Shown here piece by piece: positions 1-64,000 of a DNA stretch of 64,000 nt. Position 1 is the stretch's first letter. Every line of letters begins with the position of its first letter. The translations under genes and the position numbers were made by a program. Origin of the DNA: Antedon mediterranea (lineage: Eukaryota; Animalia; Echinodermata); assembly GCF_964355755.1 (NCBI RefSeq), contig NC_092673.1:23247648-23311647 (forward strand). Direction: 5' to 3'. Below the pieces are notes generated by a model, which saw only the letters and a program-made list of their open reading frames with translations, had not been told where the DNA came from and ran no database searches.

Positions 1-171
1 ATAATACAGTAGTAGAGCCTATGTTTTGTTATATTTAACAAATAAATGAATACAGTGAATATGCAGTGCAAGGGCATATGCTGGTTTTGGCATGAGAAGA
101 AACACATACACATCAGTTATGACCTACTACTGTACATATCAACTAACATTTTATAAATGTTTTGTACTTAC

Positions 172-51700
<51,529 letters not shown>

Positions 51701-52060
51701 TTGCTACTTTTCTCGCACAAGTTTTCGTTGGAAACTTTCCAAACGATCAAACTCGCTTCAGTCTCTTTTCCAACAACGTATTCAATTCACAGGCGTGTTG
51801 TTTAATATGCCATAAGAGTAACTCCGAAACTTCGGTGGCGACTGCTGAGAAGGAATTCTACTATTTAGCTGTATCCCCACTCTCTAAGCCTCTCCACTGA
51901 CAGACGAAGTTCCCTATTCAGTGACTGAGTCTACACAACTGACTGCAGAAACTTACTAAATGTTTGGCGTGTTTCAATGTCATCTTGCAGACAACCCAGA
52001 GAGTTGAAACTAAATTGAACCAATCGAAATGCGACGATACCATTTTCAAAATAGGGAGGA
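51701..52060 (-). promoter_or_regulatory. Putative 5' UTR / proximal promoter of the collagen gene
   Basis: GC-richer stretch directly upstream of the ATG; CCAAT at 52020-52024 (ATTGG on the sense strand); TSS not determinable. Confidence 0.45.
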
Positions 52061-52737
52061 TATTTCATATAAAATTATACAACTTTAGTCCAAAAAATAA
52101 ACTAGTTATACCATGAATGAATTAGGTAACTCCTCTATGGTTATTCTTTTATCTAAAGACATTTTAACAACTTGGTTAATAAATGAATTAATAAAATTAG
52201 AACAATATTGACTATTTTAAACATCATAAGATTTGAATGAATATAAACGAAATATAAACACGTCGGAAGTGTTTTTTAATCACAATGATTAATTCAATGT
52301 TCACTAATAACTAGAATATAGATCATGCATTGTATAATATGTACCACAACGAGATATTCGTTGTTTGTTTTTAGTTTACACGTTTGTTTGAATAAAATAC
52401 CGGAGTTGTACCGTTTCGAGAGGAAACATTGATTGTAGTACACTGTTTCTACCGTTGGTTTATTTTTAAAAGATTATTTTGCGGTTCAGGTAACACAAGG
52501 TGTAGCGTAACATCTCATTCTCAATATTCATCAGGCCTTTTAACAAAAATCGTAATTCGTGACCATGTATTGTTGAATCCTTGATGTTGAGCTATACTAA
52601 ATTAAATATGTGTTCTGCTGGACCTTGTATTGAAATAGTACGATGTATGATCGTATTGATTCGAACTTCCTCCTTTGTAAATTGTGTTCGGAATCGACTA
52701 TCGAGATGTTACGCTTTTTGTCGCCATTGATTTTACT

Positions 52738-53125
52738 TAAATTTAATAAATGTAAATGCGGGGAATAACATGCATCTCGCAGTCTATCCCAGGATCCCTA
52801 CGTGTCGGACAGCTGCCACCAAATGTCTACAGCGACAGGGGTAGAGAGATGGAGCAGTATAGTGGGGCAATCCCCTACTCTTCCAACGTTTATTAAAGTA
52901 CTAAATTGCCACTTGCGTACACTGGACCTAAATTTAATAAATGTAGATGTGGGGAATAGCATGCATCTCGCGAACTATCTCAGGATTCCTTCGTGTCGGA
53001 CAGCTGCCATCAAATGTTCACATCGACAGAGGTAGAGAGATGGAGCAGTATAGCGGGGTAACCCCCTACTCTTCCGAACGTTCATTGAAGTCGATCCACA
53101 ATTGCCATATGCGTGCACTGGACCT
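52738..53125 (-). mobile_element. Head-to-tail dimer of a ~191-bp SINE-like unit (Deu/Nin-type core)
   Basis: Units start at 52738 and 52929, visibly diverged; minus strand has GAGGTCCAGTG...GGAAGAGTAGGGG..ACCCC. Confidence 0.6.
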
Positions 53126-54677
53126 CCCCCAGTTTCAATCGGAGTATCCGAAAAGATTTGTTCTAGCATCAAAACAACGGTCCAGAAACAATAGGCATAC
53201 ATTTGTGGTCATATCGACCCTGACAGTATTTCATCGACATACCCACGTTATAAACAAAACTAATAATAAGAATTTCGGTAATATGCTTACTTTACTAAAC
53301 ATTAAACAAAGAATAAATCACAAACATGTTAATTCATTTTAATGACACAGGTAACATAATACAAATTAATTTGTGCAAAAAGCCCCAAACAACTTTAATT
53401 AATGTTTCTCTCAATTTGAGCAGATTATAAGTAGGTAAACTTACGATTAAATCTCCAGTTTCTTGGCCTGCGATTGAACCTCTCCATTAAGTAACCACTA
53501 CCACCCAATACCCTGCTGGTAGGTCCAATTAAATTGAACAATACGGTTTGTGATCAAGTTTCCTACAACTGTTATTGGTATGGCTGGTGTTTTTGCCGAG
53601 TATTGGAATAATACATAGAACATAACATAGGCCTACCATTAATTAATTCATTCATTTCCTTCTTATTTTGGATAGTAAATCCATATACAAATCATACACA
53701 ACAAAAAAATTTCACCAGGAAATTAACATAAGCAAAACATAAACAACAACCTACAATAATACTTAGTACTTTTATAAATCGTTATCTGTGAATATTTGCT
53801 TATATTATATAGTATAGGCCCATTTCTATTAATAAATGCAGTAACTTCTTCATGACACGACACGACAAAACTTGGCTCTTGTTTTTTATTTAAATTTTGT
53901 TTCTGAAGATTGGACTTTTATAATGTATAATGGGATTTTTTAATATTTTAATTAATAAACATTTCTATAATTTCGATTTATTTGAGAAGCAAACAAATGA
54001 TATTTCTCATATCTGTTTTTCAAGGAACAATACCAAGAAACACAATCCGGGGTCTAATGTTTGATAACTTCCGGTACTAATTGGAATCACTTTATGAACA
54101 ATAAGAACAGTTCAATATTGACAGGTTTTTAAATGAACCGGATATAAATTGGAACGATTTTTTTTAGCTGTAGTAAATGATTGGATGTATATCTTGATCT
54201 AAGATCGCATTATGGATTATAAAAGAAAGTGAATGATGTCAAAGTCGTACTTCCGCTATTCAACCTGAAGGGACGCACACATGTTCAGCGCAGCAATGTA
54301 TTTCTTTAGTCACTAAAGAAGAGCATATGTGCACTTGCACAACAGATTAAATGAAAAAGGTTCCATAATGATTCCAGGACTCGAGATTATTCTTATCTAT
54401 GGCCGCCTACGTAACCGGTTTGATGGGACAATTAAGTGAAACGAACGAGACTGCGGCCAATCTTTTTCAGGGAAAACTCCGATTAAAGGAACACTTGGTG
54501 TCATATTATTGATGTTGTGATTCTCTGTGTTTAGAGAAGGATGCTTTAGACCAGGTCCGCCTTATATTATTAGCCAATCAAAATCGTATAATTTTTGGAG
54601 GGAAAATGTTATCCTCCTCTGAAGCCTAAAATTTGCATGTCCAGTATAATAGTGGAATGTAATAGATATTAAGGGGA

Positions 54678-54773
54678 GAAGAGAGAATAAGATCAGAGTA
54701 GATAAACAGGAAGAGAGAATAAGATCAGAGTAGATAAACGAGAAGAGAGAATAAGATCAGAGTAGACAAACGG
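54678..54773. repeat. ~32-bp tandem repeat x3
   Basis: GAAGAGAGAATAAGATCAGAGTAGATAAAC. Confidence 0.9.
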
Positions 54774-55749
54774 AAAGATGATAAAGAAAATATTAAGGCT
54801 TGACTGGTAGTGGTAGAAAGATGTATTAATCGAATTACAAGGAATAAAAGTTCTAGTTGAGTTAAATATACTTTTTGTATGTGTTATCATTCAGTGACAG
54901 CTGTGTACGTCGCGTGGAAATATATACGCCTGAGAAAGCTCGGAACCAACTAAAATATATATTCACTACACTTGGTTAGATCACTTTTTAGGGTTCTAAA
55001 TACTGTATTACTATTGCCAACAATTTGTATAAGAAACATTACAAACAAACATAATTGAGATAAATTAGAGCAAAATCTATATTTAAACTAAATTTTAATG
55101 GTTCTCATAAAAACATTTAACATGCCTAGACTGTAGTAGGCTACTAGATTTTTTTCTCGGAAGGAGAACATAACTATCTTTAAAAATACTTCCAAGAATC
55201 AACCCATTCAATTTCAACATCAGCAAAAAAATTTCGTCGACAAGCTTCGGCTTACATTAAAAATATGACATATTCCCTACTCATTGCGGTCGTCATGTAC
55301 ACATCGGAAACATCAATAAAACATTAATTATATTCAACAAAAGCCAGCTGATAATGTGAGAAAAAAACTTTTCATTCACACTAAACTTTCACTAGGCTCA
55401 CGTGAAGCTGCGCTCCGTCTCATTACATACCTAGCAAGGACGGGTGGGTCCGCTGGGTATTAAATAGTTTGTCGCTTACGAATGTCATATCGTAATGTGG
55501 AATTGATCATAGTTTGATTCGGGCTCTCGACAAGGGTCTGTCTTAAAGCCCACGGCTGGCTCCAAGGCAAACGCTTGTACTTACATTACGTAGCAAATTG
55601 AAATAAATCACAACTGTGATGTAACAAAGTCACCATGAGTAAATTAAACATTTATTTTATGACAAACTAATAACTAATATAATATGTTTATCGACTACAT
55701 GTTTAGAGACATGTTTACTGTATGCATGCTTGAGGATATATACATTTCT

Positions 55750-56271
55750 AACACGTGTTTAGTGAAATCAACGTGTTTAGTGACACCTCAACGAGTTTAG
55801 TGACATCTCAACGTGTTTAGTGACATCTCAATGTGTTTAGGGTCATCCCAACGTGTTTAGTCCCATATCCATGTGTTTACTCCCATATCAATGTGTTTAG
55901 TCCCATACCAACGTGTTTAGTCCCATACCAACGTGTTTAGTCCCATATCAACGTGTTTAGTCACATGTTTAGTTTAGTCACACATCAGCGTGTTTAGTCA
56001 CACATCAACGTGTTTAGTCCCACATCAACGTGTTTAGTCCCATATCAACGTGTTTAGTCCCATATCAATGTGTTTAGTCCCATATCAACTTGTTTAGTCA
56101 CATATGAACGTGTTTAGTCACACATCAACGTGTTTAGTCACACATCAACGTGTTTAGTCTCACATCAACCTATTTAGTCCCATATCAACCTATTTAGTCC
56201 CATATCAACGTGTTTAGTCGCATATCAACGTGTTTAAGTTACATATCAACGTTGTTAGTCAAATCAACGTG
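55750..56271. repeat. 20-bp minisatellite, ~26 copies
   Basis: Unit CAACGTGTTTAGTCCCATAT with variants. Confidence 0.96.
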
Positions 56272-57087
56272 CTCGTGAAATAAACTTTTTATATTTCTGG
56301 ATGACGTTTGTGTTGTTCTAAATTAAAAGTATTATTACAAAATGATACACGTTGTTCCTACAGTATATCAAATTGAGACATAGGAAAAAACTGTTTAATT
56401 AATCATCGTTTAGAAATTACTGAACATTTACTGACCTCGTCACGTTGTCATTTTCCGGCTATCAATCGACCTCATTTCTTTTTCAGGCCACTAACCTTAA
56501 CAGCCTAGAAAAATATAGAGAAATATTGAATTAGGCCTAATGGGGAGTTATGGCTACATGTGATTAAATAACGGTTTCACCTTAAAATAAATATCATGAA
56601 TGTTCTATATATATAATGATGATAATTATAAGTTGGTTGATGCTATTGAAAATATAGAAAAAATTATAGATTAATTAAGTTATTTAATTTAGTGAATACA
56701 TTTAAAACAATTATCCGGACTGTTTGAGTGCATTTTAAGAATTTAGTAAATGACAGAGAAATTAGGTTTTTGTCGCTGAATCATCACATTAACAACTAAC
56801 ATAACATTATGATTCAATCTGAAAATTTAAAATGTCAACAGTGTTATGAACTTAAAAAGCTTTGCACACGAGCCGTGATTTTGATCAAAGATAATATGAA
56901 ATGTAAACAAGAGACAATCTCTCGAGATAGGATCAATGATGACCTGAACTTCTTGTGACACAGTTTTGATCTCTCCTACGGGAGACAACATCCAGACTAG
57001 CGACAAGGACAATTCAACGCATCTTTAAGTGTTGTTCTCTTATAAAGCTTTGTGTGACACACATAGGTACTTCCTTTCAAGACAAAA

Positions 57088-57490
57088 ATGACGTAATATT
57101 TTGGTATTATAAACCAAAATGTCGAGACATTGGACATCAGGTGGTTGAGACGAAGATTAATTGACAGACGGACCATGATTTTATTGACAGTTTTTATCGA
57201 AGATGAACGATTTTATTTATAATGTTGGTTTATAAATCAAAATTTGAGATATTGGACATTAGGTGGTGCAGACGAAAGTAATCGATAAATGAATATCGAT
57301 TATTGACAGTTTTTTCGGAGATGATCGAAGCATTTTAAATTAAAACAAGGTATGACGTAATATGTTGGTGCCGGAATCAAAATGTCAAGATATAAGATAC
57401 AAAATAGGCCTAAATCGAGATATTTGACTCAGGTGGTGCAGATAAACGCAATCGATATGTGAATATCGATTATTTATCAGAGATAACGCA
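57088..57490. repeat. Degenerate tandem repeat, ~3 units of 120-170 bp
   Basis: Recurring GAGA(C/T)ATT(G/T)GAC..(C/T)AGGTGGT..AGA near 57124, 57246 and 57417. Confidence 0.65.
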
Positions 57491-57952
57491 TTTAAATTAT
57501 GGTATTAAAACGTATGATGTTATAATATTTTGGTATTATGAATAATAAATAATTGATTCATGAAAAAAATCAAATGATATTATGATAATACGGTTTTAAA
57601 TAGCTATAAAATTTAATTACGTGTTTGCTTAATATACAAAAACAGAAATCTGTATTAAAAAAAACCAATAAACCACATTCTATTTTCTCAAATGTGCCAG
57701 AAAAATACAGGAAATTCCGTATGGATACTTAAAACTGTCACAAAAACTGAAATCCAAACTCAAATTATTGTACTTTTAAAATCCCCGTGTCCTTCAAATC
57801 TTATTAGAAATAATTTATTACTGGCCTTCTACATTATTTCAATTATTAATGTACCAGTTTTGTAACTATTACCGAAAAAAACCCACCAGGATATATTACT
57901 GTACATGGCAATATATCGTGACAGGAAGAAATCTTGGCAGAACCCATCACAA

Positions 57953-58260
57953 TTGGTGAGTGGGGGAAATGTTTCATACATCGCTAAACAAATTGCACAT
58001 TAAAAAAAGGGACGAGATACAATCTTTGGTGAGTGGGAGTCCGGGGAATGTCCACCCATAGCAGGAATTTTGCGCATTAGCAGAGACACTGTGCATACCG
58101 TACCGTTTCGGTGCTATTGGTGAGTGGGGGCCTGGGGAATGTCCACCCATAGCGTGATAATCTACCCAGCAGCAATGGCAGAAAACCAGCAATATTCTAC
58201 TTGGCAACAATCATGATTATACCCTCTCCAAAAAGGCAATCTTGGTGATGGGGACAAACC
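57953..58260. repeat. Cluster of TTGGTGAGTGGG...GGGGAATGTCCACCCATAGC repeats (probable TE internal repeats)
   Basis: Four related copies near 57953, 58027, 58117 and 58242. Confidence 0.6.
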
Positions 58261-60869
58261 CATCCGATCTCTACCCAGTAGCAACCATAACAAAATCCTA
58301 CCTAATGATGCTCCAGACAAGCCCTACCAATTACCAATTACATCTCATCATCATCATCATACCAGACTTAAGATGACATCAATAACAGTTGTGTATTTAC
58401 GCTTATCGATAATCAATGAACAACTGACTTTCTATCTTTTTGAGAGAAAAAGTGAAACAATAAAATTATTATATTTCACAAACTTTCTTCAGTTCATTTA
58501 ACCACTCCTGATGGGACAGAGAATATCATTTTCCCAATCAGTCCCAATTCAGAGAGGACAATTCTCTGCCGGTCGCGAAGGTGTCCCCTTATAATAGAGT
58601 TTCTATTTTCTACTGTAATTTAATAGCAAAACATTTTTTTTGTAATGAAAGCACCATCAGAAAGTAAATGGTATAAAATTACATAATTAATAATAGCCAC
58701 AACCAAAGAGAATTATAATTTGTGTACAATATACACCGTTGCAATGACGTCACAACCCTGGATGGTGTATGGCTAAAGCTGATATGATAATCAAGGCAAT
58801 GTCTTGAACGGAAGCGTGAATTAATAGAAATGTCTCTACTCTTTGGAGTACTCTGTACAGTTACTAGTAGTAGGCCTAATTCGAAATTTTGGACACTTGT
58901 AACTTGTCCTTCAGTTCAGGCAAGGTTACGGTACAATTCTGTTACTTTACTTTAGAAAGTTTAATAGACGTAATTATGTCAATAATTAAATTTAATAAAT
59001 CAACTAATTCAGACCAAAAACACTCATAATTGTGGTGCTCTATTTTTTGTAAATAAAATTACATATGCAATAAATAATTTAATTGAACCGTCAACTTTGA
59101 CCCGCCTTTCAGTTGGTGACAGTGTATTTTATAATCGCTATATGATGAAAAATGATAACAGATTTTACCGGGACAAAATAATAGTGAACATTTCAAACAG
59201 GTTGAAAAAAGGAAATCATTTTTCCTATGCCCGAAAACATGAAAAGTGGCTTCGAGCCAAAATGATTATTGGTTGAAGTTTATAGGTTTCATAAATAATT
59301 ATTTTATCCCGTTTCCTGTTTTGCACATAGTATGCAAGGTAAATTAACACGGATATATTACCTTAAAGGCCAATGTCATCGGTATACAGTATACTTTATG
59401 AATTGTAGAAATTGTCACATTAGTAACATCATTATTTGAAATCAGATTTTCGTTTATAGTGAAGGAAAAGGTTACGTTGAACCGTTTCCTTCACTATATT
59501 CAAATGATATTGTTTGAAGGAGATGATTTTGTTCAATTTTAGTAACATCATGTATAGGCCTACGGTTCTCGAGAGCAGAGCAGATTCATTTGGTGGGACA
59601 ACAATCTAACATGACATGTTATTATTCATTACACTTACAGAAAATACAATGAAGACACGACTATTTAGAGGAAAATGTTCCCGTGAAACTAGGACCAACT
59701 AAGGGCCTTACTGTATTTTTTTCCATTGATACGTAGCCAAAAAGTTACTAACACCTTCTATACATGTGGGCGTTTTTTCTCCGCGTATCATTAAAATCAA
59801 CTAACGATGTCATGTGCTCGAAAGCACATTAAGCAATAAATATGCATCTCAATGCAGTAGCCCTGCCAAATGTGTGTATACCGAGATCTTAATCTCTTAC
59901 AAGTTTAAACTATGCTCAAATTATTCAATTATTAACACAACTAACATGTAATAATAATGGCTCCCCGTCCCGAAGGGCAAGTTAAGGACAATCGACCAGC
60001 CAGACCATTTGCATGTAATTACCAGGAACATCTGAAGACAGCCCAACACTATTTCATAATTTGCATATACATAGTAGGCCTACTACACTGGGTTTTAACC
60101 TTCGTGTAATGTTTTGATAATAGTATATACACGTTTGTATAGTATCCCAATTCTGATACATTTTACCACAGGCTAATTACTGACTGACAGTGTTCGTGAT
60201 ATAAAAAGAATCTCATATTAAAATAAATAAAAATAAAAGTTTTCTGCTATTTTTGTCTAGGCCTATTTCAGTATAGATTGTTATGTCTCTAAATATAGCA
60301 TTTTGGGTGTATCTACGGTAGTAGCTTGGGTATAAATGTGTTCAATAGGCAAATGCCGAAATAGGCCTACAGTAGGCCTATCTTCATCTATGTATGGTTA
60401 AGTTAGGGGTAGATTAGGAGGGTACAGTAATACAGGTTTTACATCTGTTTCACACGGCATTTGCGTATGACACTGGACACATTACCGGTACAGTAGGCCT
60501 ACCGACGATCGGTAGATATAGACCCAAAATTATGTGTAATGCCTTGTTGTAGGCCTTTACTTTTGGTTCAGGACCGCAATGTTTTGCCATCATTCCACAG
60601 GAAATGAATTCTACAATAATAAAAGTCTGAGATGTTTAGGGATTTCCTCTCTTGTCAGACAGACAAGAGGACCGTTGAATCTCACTAAATTAACAGAGAT
60701 GCTAAAAACAGAAACATTATTTTTCTTTTTTTTTAGTAGTGTTTGCTTCTAAGAATCTATTCTTAGGCATTTCAAGATTTGTTTTAATTGAATAAAAATG
60801 AGAAAAGACAGATAATACATATCGGCAAGGGTCACCACTATGGTTCTGGTGAAGAACCAGTCTTCTTGG

Positions 60870-61030
60870 GTAAAGGGCAACAAAGCTTAGCACAAAAGAA
60901 CCTGTTAATCTTTCGAGGTAGGGGCTACCCCGGTGTACTAGTCAACACAGTCACGGTCTCAATGCATTGGGCACTGTGGGAGAACAGTCTAAAGAGTTCC
61001 CCCAGTATAAAAAAGAAATAAATAAAATAC
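60870..61030 (+). mobile_element. Deu/Nin-domain-type SINE remnant with A-rich tail
   Basis: CACAAAAGAACC...TCTTTCGAGGTAGGGGCTACCCCGGTGT... then TATAAAAAAGAAATAAATAAAAT; family call from recalled consensus. Confidence 0.5.
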
Positions 61031-64000
61031 AGATTATTTTATATTTTTAATATTATATAATTGAGTATTAATACTCTTGATATTTTGTTATGACTTGATG
61101 ATTCATAATGGTGGAGCTAGCTTGGTGCTTGTCTTCCAATCCAATGGTTTCATGATTCAATCCTGAAATAGTGAATCACGACTGATTCTACTCCAGTCTC
61201 TAATCCTCATAACGAGACTTCATTTATAAGTATTCCAGTGTTTTCCTGATTTTAATTAAGTTTTATACCATTATAAATCTCATTTAGTGCATTGTACGTA
61301 TTGTAATCTTGTTCTTCTTTTTCTTTTATGTATTAAAAAAGTATTCAAAGGTCTGCCAAAAGCAAAACAAAGGTTTCGGTTGTATAAGCTCACACATTTT
61401 ATCTATCTGTATAAAATGTCACAGACGTATATTTTTGAGTCGCAATTGAACCCAAACCCCCTACAAGGTTAGGCATCCGTACATTACAGAATGTCGGTAG
61501 ATGCACAATGAGGGAGTGCGGAGTCGCCGTCAGAAGCCCAAACTTAATACACAGCACTTGCGGGCCAGATGTTTGTCAAAAATGACCTTATTATAACTTA
61601 TAAGTAGTGTAAATTACCAAAGTAAATTGTTATATATATGAATAACTGTTATTGGTCAATTGGCCAGCAGGTGTGACAGCGATTAAAATAGTATAAAATT
61701 GCACAGAATATTAGCCAATTTTAGACTTTACCTACAGGAATGTTTACCTAAATGGTGATATTATATTCATTTTTTTCCAATTTAATTTTGATATTAGGTT
61801 TGTAAGTATCCCACAGTGTTTTTATATATTGAATAGGATTGTTTACATACTGTAGGCCTACCTGTCTTGATTCATTGAGAATTTATATCGGGAATGAATA
61901 GTGCAAAGAACCGGACACACTTGCAGCAGTAACAACGTGTCGAGGGAAGGTGATTTTCTGTATCTGTCTTTTCAATTCATATTCATAACCATTGAAGTTT
62001 TTGTAGTAGGTCTTCTCGGTGGGAATTGACCTTGTTGTGGGTCAATCGCTATGCCAGAGGCGTTTAATTATGATTTGCTTGCACGTCTCTATCTTTTGCC
62101 TAGATTGTACTTTGTAAATTTATAAATAACGTTAATATTTTAGTAATATTAACACTAAATAAAGATAACAAAAACTGTATTTGTAATTATTATCTCACTG
62201 CATATCAATGCTAGTATAAATAAAAAATGAAGAATACAAGAGTGGTATTCTTGTAACAATGTGAGAAAAATCAATTCATTAGAACGTAAAATTTCGATGA
62301 TTAAAAGCAAAGAAGGTTATTCCGTTTCTCGCGAACAATAAATAAATATTAATGGATAATAAACATCAATGACAATATTGACATCTTTAATAACAGTTTT
62401 CAAATGGTATGTTAAATTTGAGAGCATTTAAAATGTATTCTGCTGCAGTTACTGCAGTAACTATAATTTGTATAATGCACTCTTTAACCTGATTATGCAA
62501 ATAGGCTTAAAGTATGGCAAGCTCCGAAACTAAATTATACGTTATTGTAGTATTACAGCAAAAATTGAAGCAGAATAATTTTGACATGGTTCCTTATTAT
62601 AGCAGCATAATATAATAGTTATAATATTACAACTATATCGCTAGTTTTAGAAAAGTATACGTTTCCACCCCGTGCGGTAAAACACATTTTTTTAAGGCCG
62701 GACACAAAATATAGACAGAACACCGCAGTCCACCCACTTGTGATGGTACAAATCTAGACAACAAAACATTTTCCTGTCTATGATAAAGGATACAATGCAT
62801 TATACATAAAAAAGAAGCTCAAAAGAGCGTTGTTGCGCAAATATTACGTTGGTTGTATTCCTGACCCCTTATTGTAATATCCTATAATAATCTAATAATA
62901 TCGCACTATATATGACACTAGAGATAATAATCTCAAAGGTATGACCCAGTCCGATATTTCGTTTGACCCTTCACTGTGTCCAGTTTTGAAACGGAAGATG
63001 CAGCTGTTCAACCTTCAGCAATCGGAAGATCAATCAGCCAGTAACCAATAGTCGATAAGAAATGATTAAAATGGTGAATGGTCGACAACTTGTCTTCAAG
63101 TACACAGGTATCACTAACAAGATTTAATTTTTCAAAAAGTAGGCGTAAGAATTAAAGCAATAAAATGTTAAACTCCAACAAAACAAAAGATTAGCTATTT
63201 ATCTTCAATCTAGAAACATTGGTTTAACCAAACATTTATAGAAAATAGATATTGGTTTGTTTGCAAACCTTTGCTTATTGTTACTTAAATACATTGTTAC
63301 CGTATTTTCAGGCGTTATATGCAGCCAGTATTATACCGAAATTTAGTCTTTTTCAAGTTCGAACTATTATTTCAAATTCGATTAAAAAAAGTAGTAGCAT
63401 TTTGGAAGAGAGTATAGAGGTAATTACATGGCCATAACCGAGATCCAGGGTGGGGCTAGGGTTGAATATTATCAACATTCAAGTCTAGTGTTGCATAGAA
63501 TCATTGTGAAGAATGCGCATGCGTAAAAAACGCCTAACCATGTTTCTATAAGCTGTTTTCAATAGGTCTAGGATTTTGAAGTGAGACAGCATGTAGGCTA
63601 CCATGTCTTAGGCCTACATGTAATTATTAGTTAGCTTGATAAATAGACCTAGGCGTACATATCAGTAAAGATACTATCTATACTATCTATATTTTGATTA
63701 TTATTCGTTCGTGCTATATTGTGTGTTTCTTTGTTGTAATTTTCATTTCCCTTGAGCAAAGCAAATTGTTGTGTTTGTTCTGTCAACGGGGAACAGACAA
63801 GAAATGCCAATGAAGATAGCATACTAAAGCTAACAGTAACGGACGTCTGGTGCATGCATTCTAATTGCACGCGTTGAGTTTGGCGCATCATGCTTTTGCG
63901 CAACGTGTTAATAAAGAAATGAAACGCCCACCAAATTTAAAATATTTACAAACCTGATATGGAACGCCAAATGGGAAATAATGTATCACTATGGCCGGTT

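Noticed and set aside
55750-56271. Repeat arrays (also 3929-4241 and 11733-12331) as possible CRISPR arrays
   Set aside because: Units are directly head-to-tail with no unique spacers, there are no cas genes, and the context is eukaryotic.
61095-61200. tRNA-like A/B-box sequence
   Set aside because: No cloverleaf can be folded; at most a very decayed SINE head.
63060-63960. Possible first exon or promoter of a neighbouring gene (NRF1-like TGCGCATGCG at ~63514; ORF 63649-63903)
   Set aside because: Weak splice signals and no recognisable protein; cannot be supported within this window.

Overview
AT-rich animal genomic DNA, probably from a marine invertebrate (an echinoderm or other deuterostome is only a weak guess). 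The window is dominated by one minus-strand, clade-B fibrillar collagen gene (COL5A1/COL11A1-like). I read 46 GT-AG exons by hand, from ATG at 51700 down to position 172. They splice in frame to 3705 nt / 1235 aa. The protein comprises a signal peptide, a TSPN/LamG domain, a short Gly-rich variable region, a minor helix, an N-telopeptide and the first 266 uninterrupted Gly-X-Y triplets of the main helix. The rest of the helix and the C-propeptide lie beyond position 1. Almost all supplied ORFs are spurious or are exon fragments running into introns. Introns and the upstream region contain MITEs, Helentron/DINE-like elements, Deu/Nin-type SINE remnants, minisatellites and long palindromes. The most notable non-genic signals are: strong over-representation and chaining of TA-delimited motifs (TAGGCCTA, TACAGTA, TACGGTA) that look like transposon excision scars; near-identical MITE copies bracketing one in-frame RGD-containing exon; and an apparent CpG-depletion boundary inside the gene. 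No prokaryotic-type system, CRISPR array, rRNA or intact tRNA was found. Comparisons to human collagens are from recall and need alignment to confirm.
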